This document shows positions 13,240 through 26,263 of a stretch of DNA of 64,000 nt, one piece after another; positions within the stretch are counted from its first letter, which is position 1; each line of letters begins with the position of its first letter. Location: the NCBI GenBank assembly GCA_028534125.1, contig CM052816.1:22694001-22758000 (forward strand), given 5' to 3'. The position numbers and the translations under genes are program-made. Origin of the DNA: Lama glama (lineage: Eukaryota). The notes below the pieces were generated by a model, which saw only the letters and a program-made list of their open reading frames with translations, did no database searches and was not told the origin of the DNA.

Positions 13240-13660
13240 GAGAAATGTTTTTGGCTGTTCTGCCCTCATTTCCCCATTTTCTAGTAAGAGAATTCCTTTA
13301 TTCCTTATAAGAACTGCTCCTCTTTCATTTAGTTAGACTGACAATCACTGAGTCTGTCTCTACCAAAAAACTGATGATGAAATCACAGCTTCACTGAGAG
13401 TACCCCACTCCCACAGACTCAGTCCAGAAGTGGGCATGACCCACGTAAGGTCAATGAGTTTTTTCAGGAAGTACTATGGATGCAGGGAAGAGTGAAGACA
13501 GCTATTTCTCTTTCTGAGAGCTTAAGAGTACTAAAAAGACACTGTTTCCCTGGAGCTGTCCAATGCTATCTCTGATGCCATTTGGAGAGAGCTTGCTTGA
13601 GTATAACAGAGAAATTTTATGGTTCAAATTCCTAGGTTCAAATCTTACAAAGATGAGAAG
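13240..13660 (+). mobile_element. Old MaLR LTR (MLT1J/K/L-like)
   Basis: agtgggcatgaccc...ggtcaatgag...ctggagctg...ggagagagcttgcttgag. Confidence 0.55.
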
Positions 13661-14714
13661 GAAGACTATGCTAGAAAAACAGAACATGCTTATACGAGAG
13701 TATTTCCAAAGAATTTGAGCATTTTCTTTTAGTTGAGAATAGTTTTCAGAGATGAAACTGGAAAATTCCAAAGGTATAAAGACTTTATCTTGCCTTTAAT
13801 GGAAAACAATGTAGACGAATGAATGGTGATCCTATCTTCTAGATTATCTCTACTGAAGAAAGGCTGTCTCAAGAAGATTTTACAGGAACTACGTAAAGAA
13901 AACAGAATGGTGAAATCTTTACCAACTGGTGAATTATGAACATTCTACATTATTAGTTGCTTTACATATTTTAAGTAAAAGTTGTGTGGAGAATAAAGAC
14001 AAATTACTAAAAAGTTAAAACAGAAAAGACTAATTTTTCTTATTGAGGTGAAAGGGCACTTCTTCAAGTGGAAAAACTGCAGAAACACTTACAGACGAGG
14101 TCAAGACTTTGTTTCTTAAAGTTCCTATATCCCTAACCTGGGTTAAACTGAAGTTTCAGAATCCTACAGTATAAACTATAAAAAGTGTTCACGCCTGAAC
14201 AAAAAAATCAAGAACAGATATTACTACTCCTACCACAAAAGAGGTTTTCTATGGCTCTTATAAACTGTTCAGTTTTTGAGCAGATTTTATCTTGACAGTC
14301 AAAGCAAGACGACAGGGCCAGAAGAGGCATCTCCAGACAACTGGCTGGAGAAAGTCGTGGAAGGGAGCTGTTTAGTATTACCCACCTGGAAGTCAAGGGA
14401 TGAAAGTCACAAGTAATGGCTTAAGTTTGGCATAAATGATATATGAGTGTTTCTAATGATTATCAGATATGTATGGCGTGAACCATGTTAACATGATACA
14501 AAGCTTACCCTCTGTTCACCAATGGAGAACAGCATGAGAAAGTTTATCTAAAAGTTGTGTCAAATATTTAGATGAAAACTAACTAATAAATATTTCAGAT
14601 ATATTTATGCCAGGTTATGACATGAAATATAAAAATAGCTTTAATATAACAGAGAGAATATCTTTGATTGTTAATTGGTAAAAAAATTTCTTACTTTTGA
14701 AAATCAGGTATGAT

Positions 14715-14850
14715 TCTTACAGTTAAACTCTATTTCCTCAAGTCTAAAATGGGTATATTTAAACTTACCTCATAGCTTTATTTAAAGCTTACAAAGAGGT
14801 AATAATATTAAGTCCTGTAAACTACAGAGTGCTACAAATAAAATTTGAGT
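14715..14850 (+). mobile_element. MIR fragment
   Basis: tttcctcaagtctaaaatgggtata...cttacctcatag. Confidence 0.5.
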
Positions 14851-16239
14851 ACTATTTTATTAATGTATTACTATGCAATTCATTATATTTTAATAGAAAA
14901 TTAACAATTGATGTCTTCTCTTGAAATGTAATTAGCAGTTTCATGACAAAGAATTTTTACTCCTACTTTGCTCTTTAAAAGTTAGCATTGGAAGTTTTAT
15001 TCTTTGTTGCTTTTTTCTCTTCTTACCATATACTACCAGAGCCTACCTGAGTCAAAATGAGAAATACTTACAATCAAACAGAATAAAAACTCAAAATTTA
15101 GTCAGTGTTTAAACATTTAGATGATCAAAGAGGGAAACAGTAGGTCAGAAATTATTCTTGCTCTGGTACTCACTGGTCACTATGGATCCAGTTTGGTAGA
15201 GACTGCTGGAGACTGACCAAAGGCTAGAGAAATTAACAAGACTCACAAAGCCATTTTATACTTATTTTTCATAAAGAATTTTAAATGAATCCCTACAAAT
15301 TTCAATAAAGGCTTTGGTCAAACATTTACATAAATAACTAATCCTAAGCTGAATATTTAATGCATAATTTCTGTGAAAATTGTTGAAGCACAAATTCCCA
15401 TTAGTGAACTATGTTATTCTGAATTCTGTTTATTCTGTGTGTATATTTTTAAGTGTGAGATCCATCCAGTTATTATTTACTACGTGTATGTGTGTGTGTG
15501 CATTTTGGTCTGAGATTTACACTTGGATGGAATTTTAGAATTCTCCTCATCTATCTCATTCAATTAACGACCATTAAGTGAAAAACTTCAGCCATCTGAA
15601 GTGCCTAATTATTAAGTGGCAAATATTCATCATTCTAAAGGCACGTAATAGCATGTGTGTTGCATAAGTACTGTATTATTATGAGTAACAATACCTCAAG
15701 GTCAACACAAAGACCTGGGTTTAGGATTCTGGCGGCACCAAGAGAAATGACACTAATATCCCTAAGTTGGCACAACTGTACTCATTTATCCCCTTCAACA
15801 AGCTAAGTGGCAACTGAGAAAAAGAATGGAAAACGGATAGATGATAATAACTCCCTGGTCCAGGGGTTAGTCAGTCCCCGTTTATCCTTGGCCCATGTGT
15901 CTAGTGATCTCCATTTATGGATGACTTAACAAGGGACTGGAGTTGCCTCATGATCAATGTGTGGCAGTCTGCAGTCAGCTCAATATATTGTTAGAAAACA
16001 TACGCTGGAAAGACATGCACAGCATTATCTTAAAAAAGTAAAGTTAAAAATCTGACTTGTCACCTCCATGTTTTTATAACTTATAATTCATATTTGATTC
16101 GTATGATTCACTTCCTCATATTAGTCTTTGCATGAGAATTCTGTATATGCTGGCTTTCACAATGAATTATAATAAATATATTTATATTATTAATGTATTA
16201 TTTATTGCTTTGACCTCTAGTAATACTGCACATAATGTG

Positions 16240-17160
16240 GAAGCTGGGGAATGGATTTAAAAATGCACAAATGTACCTCTCACCCTCTGTGACCCTCTTG
16301 AAAATACTTTATAGAAATGTGAAAAAAGAAAATTATAATAGCAAGGGGTTGGGAAGGAAGCAGTCACTGAATTAATTTTAATATACTGTTGGAAGAGTGA
16401 ATTAAAGTTGGTTTACAGGCACACCTGAGAAATGAAGCCAGAGCCCATGGTAGACGTGAAAGCAACTATTTCAATCAGAATCCTAGTTATAAGTATGGTT
16501 CTAAGAGTGAGAAGAGAAACAAAAAGTGGTCATTAGTGGAAGGTCTTTCTGCATAACAGTTGTATGAGTCAAATTCCAACCCCCTCCCACTATCTCCATA
16601 CCCCTACTAGTAAATTCTCTGATAGACTGACCTTTATCTCAGATGGAAAACGTGAGGATTCTTCTTTAATGCCTTTTAACATGGGTACTGATGTGCTTTC
16701 TAGAGACAGTCCTTCACTCTGAAATTCAGAAAGTACTGAGTCTTACATTGTGCTCTAGGCGTATGTACCCTGAAGGTGACCTTCCAGAGGAGAAGCCTGC
16801 CAGGGACCTAACTCGAACCACACAACAGCAGGGGAGGAAATTCATATCCATTTTATAGAATAATAATGCTATGCCTTATTAATAATGTGAACACACAATA
16901 AAGATCAATGGAGAGGAGGAGAATCATCAATGAGAGATAAAAAAAGACCACAACAAAAAGAGTAACTACAAAGAAAGAGAGAGAACTCAGGAGATGGAGG
17001 AGCCTAGGATGTACGTCAGTCAATAAAAAGAACAGGATGTAATGACAGAATGTAATGAAAAGGGAAAATCAGGGAATAATATAATATTACAAAAACTAAA
17101 TAGTGATTGACAAAATAAATTCAATAAGAAGATGAATTCATAGAAAACTTATTTAAATAA
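16240..17160 (+). mobile_element. Very old L1M/HAL1-like 5'/ORF1 remnant (continues at 17560-17760 and 20840-21060)
   Basis: A-rich, ORF1-like degenerate text. Confidence 0.4.
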
Positions 17161-17169
17161 GGTAAGAAT

Positions 17170-17560
17170 GTTAGAATGCCATTTTCACAAGATAGAAATT
17201 TTTTTGTTTTATTTATTATCATAATCCCAGTTCCTAAAACAAGGCCTTGAAACTATAGATATTCAACAAATATGTGTTGAAAACTAGTGGTTACCAGTGG
17301 GGACACGGAAGCGGGAAGGGGCAATATAGGGGTAGAGGATTAAGAAGTACAAACTATTAGGTATAAAATAAGCTACAAGGATATACTGTACAATACAAGG
17401 AATATAGTAAATTATTTATGATAACTATAAATGGAGTATAACTTTTCAAAATTTTGAACTGTTATATCATACACCTGCAATTTACATATCATACATCAAC
17501 AATTTGTTAATCAAATATGTCAATAAATAAATAAAATAAATGTGTGGAATAAATGAACAA
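17170..17560 (+). mobile_element. L2 3' tail interrupted by an L1 3' end (17281-17540)
   Basis: L2 tail attcaacaaatatgtgttga...aataaatgaa is split by an L1 3' UTR (aaactagtggttaccagtgggg...caataaataaataaaat); degenerate TSD tgtgttgaa/tgtgtggaa. Confidence 0.85.
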
Positions 17561-17770
17561 ATCATGCAAAAACACAACTAGCAAGAAAAGATAAAATAAA
17601 CTGAGACTCAATCCTGGAATTCAAACCACCACACATTCAAAAAGGACAAAAAAGAAAGTCAGAGGTGAATAAAATTTTAAAGAGGTATAGAACTACAATT
17701 TCCAAAAAGTAAAGAAAAACACAAATCTTCAGAATAAAAAAGTAAGATTAAAATGAAAAAAAAAAAAGCA

Positions 17771-20700
17771 TGGAGGAGTGGCAAAGATGGCCTAATAAGA
17801 AGACCCTGAGCTCACCACCTCCAATGAGAACACCAGAATTACAACTATTTACACAGTAACCACTAATGAGAATAACCTGAAAACTAGCAGAGATGATCTT
17901 CTACAACTAAAGATACAAAGAAAGAACCACAAGGAGATGGGCAGGAGGGGCAGAGACATTGTATAGTCAAGACCCATACTCCTGGGGTAGGTGACTCAGA
18001 AATGGGAGAACAAATACAAATGCAGAGGCTTTCCCCAAGGAGCAAGGGACCCAAGCCCCACATTAGGCTCCCCAGTCCAAGAGTCCTGTAGCAGAAGGAC
18101 AAGTCCCAGAAGGTCTGGCTTTCAAAGCCAGTGGAGCTTACTTTTGGGAGAGCCAGAAGGCTGTAATAATTAGAGATTCCACTCTTAAAGAACACATACA
18201 GGCAGATCTCATATACGCCGGGGCACATAACAGAAGCAGTAATTTGAAAGGATCCTGGTTCAGACTCACTTGATGACCCTAGAATGTCTCTCGGAGATGC
18301 AGGAGGCAACTGGGACACACCCTAGGGTCACAGACACTGGCAGCAGCAATTCTAGGCACCCAGCTGATGGACCTAGCTCCACCAACCAGTAGACCAGCAC
18401 TAGCCCCAGGAACTGACTTCACACACTAGTGAGCAGATAACCAGCCCTAGAACACTGGAGCTTAAGTCCCACACAACAGCAGGCTGACACTAGCCCCAGG
18501 GAATACTGTGGCCCACAAGCCAGCTAAGTCCAAAATGAAACCATCCACCAACAGCCTTGCACTGTCATAGGATAACCTGGGCCTGGGCCATGCCAAACAG
18601 CAGTGCACCACCACTTCCAAGACATCATGGGCCTCTCAGCCAGCTGTCCCTAGATCGAGGCTCACCCAAAAGTGGGTCAACACCAACCCCAGGACACCTA
18701 TAAGCCACAGTCTGCCCACAAGCAGGCCAACACTAACTCCAGGACCCAGACTCCATAGCAAGTCAACTCAGGATCTGGCTCTGTACACCAGTGGGCCAGC
18801 ACTAGCCCCAGGTCCCCCTGGGGCTCTATCACTAGTCACCAGGTGATTCAACACCACCCAACACTTGGCCAACATCCACTATTTATTTCTAATATATAGA
18901 AATAAAAACAACGAATTACACAAAAAGCAGTGAAAGAGAGGTATGTTCCAAAAGAAAGAACAAGATAAAACGCCCGAAGGAGAACTGAGTGAAGTGGAGA
19001 TAATCAATCTACCCAATAAAAGGCATAAAGGTAATGATCATAAAGATCCTCCAAGAATTCAAGAGAAAAATGGGCAAATAAAGGTGAGAAGTTAGAAGCT
19101 TTTAACAGTTAGAAAATATAAAGAAAAGCCAAAAAGGGCTGAAAAATATAATAACTGAAATAAAAAACACATTAGAAGGAATCAACAGTAGATTAGATGC
19201 TACAGAGAAATAGATCAGTGAACCTGGAGACAGAGTAGTAGAAATCACTTTTTGACATTTGTCTTAGCAATATATTTTTTGGATATCTCTTCTAAGACAA
19301 GGGAAACAAAATCACAAATTAAAAAAATGGGACTACATAAAACTAAAATGCTTTTGCAAAGCAAAGGAAACTACCAGCAAAACAAACAGGCTACCTAAAA
19401 TGGGAGACAGTATCTGCAAATGATGTAGCTGACAAGGAGTTAATCTCCAAAATATACAGAGACCCCATAACATTAACATAAAAAACCAAACAGCCTAATT
19501 AAAAATTGGGTAAAGGACTGGAATACACAATTTTTCAAAGAAGACCTATAGATGGCTAACAGGCACATGCAAAGATGTTACCACTAATCATCAGGGATAT
19601 GTAAATCAAAACCATAATGAGGTATCACCTCATACCTGTCAGAATGGCTATTAGCAAAAGGACAACAAATAAGTGTTCGCAAGGATATGGAGAAAAGGGA
19701 ATTGGTGTGCACTGTTGGTAGGAATGTAAACTGGTGCAGCCACTATAGAAAACAGCATAGGGATTTCTCAAAAAATTAAAAATAGAACTACTATGAAATC
19801 CAGCAATGTGACTTGAGTATTTATCTGAAGAAAATGGAAAAAAAAAACTAAATAAAAAAGATATATGCACCGCTATGTTCACTGCAGCATTATTTACCAC
19901 AGCCAAGATATGGAAGCAATCTAAGTGTCCAATAATATATGAACGGATAAAGAAGATATGGTATACTATACAATGGAATATTAATCATAAAAAAGAAATC
20001 TTGCAATTTGTGAACATGGATGGACCTAGAGAATATTATGTTAAATGAAGTAAGTCAGATGGAGAAAGGGTAATACTGTGTGATTTCAATTTTAGGAGGA
20101 ATCTAAAAACAAAACAAATGAACAAACGTTACAAAACAGAAACAGTTAAAGACACAGAGAGCTTAAACATATAGTTGCCAGAGGGGAAGAGGATTGGGGA
20201 AGAGAGAAATAGGTGAGGGACATTAAGAGATACAAACTTTCAGTTACAAAATAAATGATTCAGAGGTATGAATTGTACATTATAGGGAATATAGTAAATA
20301 TTTATGTAATATCTTAGTTGGTGACAGATGACAACTAGACTTATCATGGTGATCATTTTGACATATATAGAAATACTGAGTCACTGTTTTATACCAGAAA
20401 CTAATAAAGTTTTGTAGTTCAATTATACTTCAGAAACAAAGAAACTCACAGAATACAAAAATCAGATTTCTTGTTACCAAAGGTAGGAGTTGTAGGGAGG
20501 GGGAATTGAGTGAAGGTAGTCAAAAGGTTCAAACTCCCAGTTAAGATAAATAAGTTCTAGTGATATAAAGTACAACGTGATAAATAAAATTAACATTGCT
20601 GTACATTATATATGAAAGTTGCTAAGGTAGTAAATCCTAAAAGTTCTCATCACAAGGAAAAAAATGTTTTTCTCTATTTCTTTAATGTTGTACCTATATA

Positions 20701-20838
20701 ACAGATGACAGATGTTCACTAAACCTATTGTAGTAATCATTTCATAAGGTATCCAATTCAAATCACTATGCTGTACACCTTAAACTTATACAGTGTCATA
20801 TGTTAATTATATCTCAATAAAGCTGGAAGAGGGAAAAA
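17771..20838 (+). mobile_element. L1 with 5' UTR, early ORF1, a large internal deletion, ORF2 end and 3' UTR
   Basis: 5' end gcaaagatggcc...gaccctgagctcacc; ORF1 about 18925-19248 (EIKNTLEGINSRLD); abrupt switch to late ORF2 at about 19249; ends tatctcaataaagctggaa. Confidence 0.92.
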
Positions 20839-21094
20839 GAGTCTCAGAGAATTCTCCATATAGATACTAATACCAAAGGGAAGCAGAACATGTATCTTCC
20901 AGGAAGGAAAAACATAGTAATTAGAAAACATTTAAGTTACGCTGCAGATTTAGAGCCCCTGAAGCAATCTGGACATGGTCCTTCCCCTGAAAAAGGGGAA
21001 AAACAGGTTTCCAAACTTTTGAGAATAACAAATTAAAATCAATACAATATTATCAACTAAAAGACAATGTTAATGCAGATTGCACCAGTCTTTA

Positions 21095-21340
21095 GTACTT
21101 AACGTTGTTTCTTCGTTTCCAGATACAACCCAAGACTCCACATTGCATTTAGTTGTCGTGTCTCCTTAGTTTCCATCAATTTGTGATAGTTCCTGAGTCT
21201 TTCCTTATTTTTTATGATCTTGACACTTTCAAAGTGTACTGATTAGTTATTTTTTAGAATGTCCCTTAGACTTTGTTTGATGATTTCTCGTGATTAGATT
21301 GAAGTTATGTATTCTTGACAAGAGTACTACAGAAATGATA
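21095..21340 (-). mobile_element. L1MC-type 3' UTR fragment
   Basis: ccacattgcatttagttgtcgtgtctccttagtttcc. Confidence 0.7.
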
Positions 21341-21344
21341 CTGT

Positions 21345-21985
21345 AGAAACAAACTCACACTTACGGAGTTACTTGATTTATTACAAAGGCAATAGTGTAG
21401 AATTATGGAAGAAAGGAGAATCTTTTCAAAAAATTTTGTTTGCTCAACTCAATAAATGTGTGGGAGAAAAAGAATCTTAGCTCTCTCTTCATAACATACA
21501 CACAAATCAATCTCATATGGATTTTAAATCTAAAGATAAAAGGTAAAGTAATAACATTTTTGGAAGGAAACATAAGATGCATTTAGATGTTATTTTTAAA
21601 ACATGGGACACAGAAAGAAGCAAGCAGGAAACATAATTTGGACTACATTAAATTTAAGAACCTATGTTTTTAATGAACTGAATGGTATCAAAAGATACTC
21701 TTATAAGGGTGAAAAGGCAAGCCACAGGTTGGGCAAAGATGTGTGAATTGTTTATCATATCCAGAATATGTAAAAAATGACTGAAATTGTTAAGTCAAAC
21801 AACCTAATGGGCAAAAGTTTGGACAGGTATTTTACAAAAGGACATATTCAAATGGCAATAAATGCATGAAAAGCACTTGATGTCATTACTTGCCAAATGA
21901 AAAGTTAAACCACAATATGATACAAAGGCATACCCAACAGGCTGGCTAAAGTGAAAAAGACATACAGTACCAAGTTTGGGGGAAG
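21345..21985 (+). mobile_element. Old L1 ORF2 fragment
   Basis: ggactacattaaatttaagaacct, gaaaaggcaagccacagg, aatgggcaaaagtttggacag. Confidence 0.85.
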
Positions 21986-22599
21986 AAAAATTCCCTATGG
22001 ACAGGAATTGTTTTCTACATTTTGTTTTCTGTCCACTAGTTGTTAGCATGGTCATACTGCAGGTAAGAGTCAGACTAATTAGGCTTTTAGAAGTTGAAGT
22101 TGTGAAGATGAGTAACTCCTTTAGGTTTGGAGAGGTAAATTGGAATCTATAATATATGGATCATAAGCAGTTGATGTCATACACTATAAGTATCCTTATT
22201 TGACTAAGCAGAATATGGGTTAGGCTTATTAACCCTATGTCCCTATAGTGGTGGCGAGGATTGTTACTGCATCTGTGATAAAGGACATTAGAGACGCTGC
22301 ACCACATTAAGCTATAAATTGAAGAGACCCTGATGAACCAGCTTAAGGATCTTGACTGCATATACTCTTAGCCTAAGTATATGACAAGAGATGGGAAACG
22401 GGGGTCAAACACATCAAAAAGAAAAATCCGCAGGTTTTTTTCCCTTTTGTAAACAGAAAATCTACTAATTAGTACCTTGGACATCAGACTCATAGCATCA
22501 GGTAAAAAAAACAACACACATTTTTGCCACGAGAAGGTTTACTCCTCTGTAGTTTTGTATCTTCGTTAAATGTAGCTCTGTCACCTATAAACACTTTTA

Positions 22600-22760
22600 C
22601 AACCCTGGAGAAGTTAATCCCTCTGTGTCAGCTTCTTCACTTAAAAGGGAAGAAATAATTATACTTATTTCATAAGATTGTTGGGAGGGTTAAATGAGAG
22701 AATGAAATTAACAGTACACATAACATGTCTGGAATATTGTGGATACCCAGTAAATATTTA
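22600..22760 (+). mobile_element. MIR
   Basis: ccctggagaagttaatccctctgtgtcagcttc...gagggttaaatgag. Confidence 0.75.
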
Positions 22761-24627
22761 CGTCCAGAGATAAAAGTTGAAACAAAGAAAGCAGAAAAGA
22801 GAGGTGTTAAAGAGAGGAAGGGAAGGATGAAAACAATGGGGGGGACACACATACTAGACTATCAGAAGAAGAGGGCACCGTAAAGAAAATGAACGTAATT
22901 TGATGATAAGACAAAAGAATCAAGACAAGGCAGGGCCAAAAAGTCAAGGAGAGAACAATTTCTAAAGGAGCAATAGGCTGACCGGTCTTGAATAGATGCA
23001 CACATACATACCAAGTGACTGACTGTAATATTCCCAATAAATTGCTATTCTCTTTTAATAATACTCAGTTTCTAATGAAGGACAATTTTCCAGAATAAGA
23101 AATGATTAATATATGTCATATCTTCTGGTGAGTCACACTGGATTTATACTATAAAGTAACACTATTTTTTTCTACTGTCCAACTCTACTTTTCAGGATGA
23201 TGGAACTTTAGTATGAAATAGGTAGTCTGAACGCTCAGAGAACTGCAGTCTGCTATTGCCTCAAAATAGCTTCTGTAGCATCGCACTCATCTCCAGCTAT
23301 GACTGCACAGTTCATTACAGCTGATTACTAAGAAGGAGTCTTCATTTCAAGACAGTGGTTTAATACTTGTCCCACAGAATACCAGTGCCCCTTTCCTGCC
23401 CAATATAAGTGGCTCACTATTCTGGAAGATGAACTTTCCATTACTTATACTAATTATATTTTGTATTGAACGTGTCATATATTTTGTTATAAATCTGGGA
23501 ACATCATTTTACAGACAAGCATCTGAATCACACTTGATGAGTTTGAATCATACAAGTCTCTCCCCAGTAATATGCTATAATTAGCTCAATGACTATATAT
23601 AGTCTGTAACAAAAATATTAAAAAATTAATAGTAAAATAAGACTACGTTGAGTAGGCAGAGCTCAAAACTTAAAACATTTTTAGAATATAGTAAAACATT
23701 CAAAGTACAAAAACTTATAAAGAAGCAGAGGGGAAAAAAGCACTCATGATCCTATCAACTGCAGATAAATCTAGTTAGCACTTAATGCATATTTGCTTTT
23801 TAATTTTTTGTCTAAAGTTATTTTAAATACTTATTAAGATCATGCTGTATTTGCTAATTTTTATTTTTTAATATTATAAGTATTTTCCCTTTAAAAAAAT
23901 CCTATCCTTAAGCATTATAACATTTTTAATGACTATATAATATTTAATTGCTTAGTATACATTTATCAGTTATTTATTGAATGCATGTTATAGTTTATTC
24001 ACATAATTCTTGTTCCATAATTGGATTAACCCTATAGTGTACTTATTTTCCTTTATGTTAATTATTCATATTCTCTGCCCTTTTGTTTTTTGTGGTAAGT
24101 ATTTTATTACAATATCCCTCTACCATCTTGGTATTATATTCCTTCTTCACAGCTACCATTAATTTATCTTTTCTCCCCTTTCTTGATTAAGTTTAACAAA
24201 ACTTAATTTTATTTACAACTTCTTAAAAATATGATTTTGGCTTTACTGAACAATTTTACTGCTTGAGTAATGAAAAATTTTTTTCTGATTCTTTGGCTTC
24301 TGTTTTAATGTATCTCTTTTCTCTGGTACTTTACTATATATATTATTTTCAAATAAGCTCATGAATTCAATGCACAGGTTTTTACTTTTTAACAACAGAA
24401 ACTTCATTAGAAAGACTTCAAAACTAGCAAAAATACAGACAATGTTATAATTATGTACCAGGTCTCACCACATATACTTAACAAAAATAGTATTTTGTCA
24501 TAGTTGCTACAGATATATTTTAAAAAGAAATAGCTAAATGTCATTAACATTTTTTTACTTTCACTTTCCTTAAAGTAAGCCACTACTAATGTCAACCCAA
24601 ATAATTTCCATGAATTTTGCCCTTCAT

Positions 24628-26068
24628 TTATTTTTAAAATTGAACTATAGTTGATTTACAACATTATAGTAGTTTCAGATGTACAACACAGTGATTTAAT
24701 CAGTATTCTTATTTACACTCCATTTAAAGTATTTACAAAATAATGGCTATATTTTCTTGTGCTGTATAATGTATTCCTATTTCTTCCTTATTTTTTATAC
24801 ATGGTCCTTTGTATCTCTTCATTTTATATGCTTATCATGCCCCTCCCCACTGTCACTTCCCCATAGTAAACACTAGTTTGTTTTCTGTATCTGTGAGTCT
24901 GTGTTTTGCTATATACGTTTGTTTATTTTTTAGAGTCCACATACAAGGGATAACAGAATATTTGTTTTTCTCTGTCTGACTTATTTCACTAATCATTATA
25001 CCCTTTAGGTCCATCCACAATGTGGCAAATAGCAGAATTTCATTTTCTCCCTTTCCACCTTCTGGGACCCTAATAATGCCAATGTTGGTATGCTTCATGT
25101 TGTCCCAGAGATCCCTTAAACTATTCTCACTTTAAAAAATTTTGTCCTTCTTTTCACTTTCTGATTGGGTGATTTTCATTATTTTATCTTCCAAATCACT
25201 TATTTGTTCTTTGTCACCTAGTTGGCTGTTAATTCCCTTTAGTGTGTTTTTCACTTCAGTTAATGTATTCTTCTGTTTTGACTGGCCCATTTTCATACTT
25301 CCAATTTCCTTATTGAAGTTCTCACTGTGCTCATCTTTTCTTTTCCTTAATTCAGTTAGCATTCTTAATTGCTAATGCTTTTAACTCTTTACCTGCCAAT
25401 TTTAAAATTTCTGTTCCTTAGTTGTTTTTTCAAGGGTTTTTCTTGCTCTTTCAATTGAAACAAATTCTTCCACCTTCTCATTTTCATTAACTTTCTTTGT
25501 CTCTGTGAAATTAGGTGGAATAGTTACCTATTGTGGTGAGCTATGTCATGTTGTTAAGTTGGGCTGGAGCTCAAGTTAGGGCAACTGCCAGAGCGGTCAC
25601 GGAAAAGCAGCCCATGGCCTGAGCAATTTCATTCCTCTCTCTCTGCTCTGCCTCAAGAATAAGCAAATTTGTACACATTCCTCACAACTCCAGGCCTCCC
25701 ACAGACATCCTGTTAGACTCACCAGCCCTCCAACTAGTCAAGGGGACTCATCTTCCTGGTGTCAGACCCCAGGGCTGGGGCACCCAATATATGTTTCAAA
25801 TCTCTCACTCCTCAGGGAGGATCCCTACCTGTGTAATCCCCCTCATCTTCTGAATCCCATCCCAGCAGCATATGTCCCGACTTGCCTGCTGCTCTTCCCT
25901 TCCCCTAATTCTGTGTCTATCTTTCTTACAGACTTGGCTATATAGGAGTCCTTCTGCCAGTCTCCACTTAGTTTTCAGTGGGAGTTTTTCCACATGTAGA
26001 TGTACTTTTGATGTGTTTGTGGGGAAAAGTGAGTTCCACATTCTCCTACTCTGCAATTTTGATCTCTT
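24628..26068 (-). mobile_element. About 1.45-kb L1: 5' UTR and early ORF1 fused directly to the ORF2 terminus / 3' UTR
   Basis: Minus-strand start gagatcaaaattgcagagtaggag; ORF1 peptide EVKNTLKGINSQLGDKEQISDLEDK; fusion frame KHTNIGIIRVPEGGKGE|NEILLFATLWMDLKGIMISEISQ; ends caactatagttcaattttaaaaataaa. Confidence 0.92.
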
Positions 26069-26263
26069 CGTGTCCACAGACGTTTTAAAAAAGTTACAAC
26101 AAACGTGTATGATTTTAATGATGTATAGTACTGATTTGTTAGTTTTTAAAATTTATATATAATAATATTATCTATATTTTTGCCATTTGTCTCTTATGCT
26201 TTAATATTATGCTTTTGTGATACAGTCATGTTGATATACACTAAAGTTCTTTATCCATTTGAA

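Noticed and set aside
17884..18318. 144-aa antisense ORF in the L1 5' UTR (possible ORF0 analogue)
   Set aside because: GTG start in a decayed GC-richer UTR; ORF0 is described for primate L1 and nothing here supports homology
22040..22062. 23-nt microexon-like segment with CAG|GTAAGA
   Set aside because: The acceptor region resembles a decayed L2 3' end, so it is probably a cryptic site
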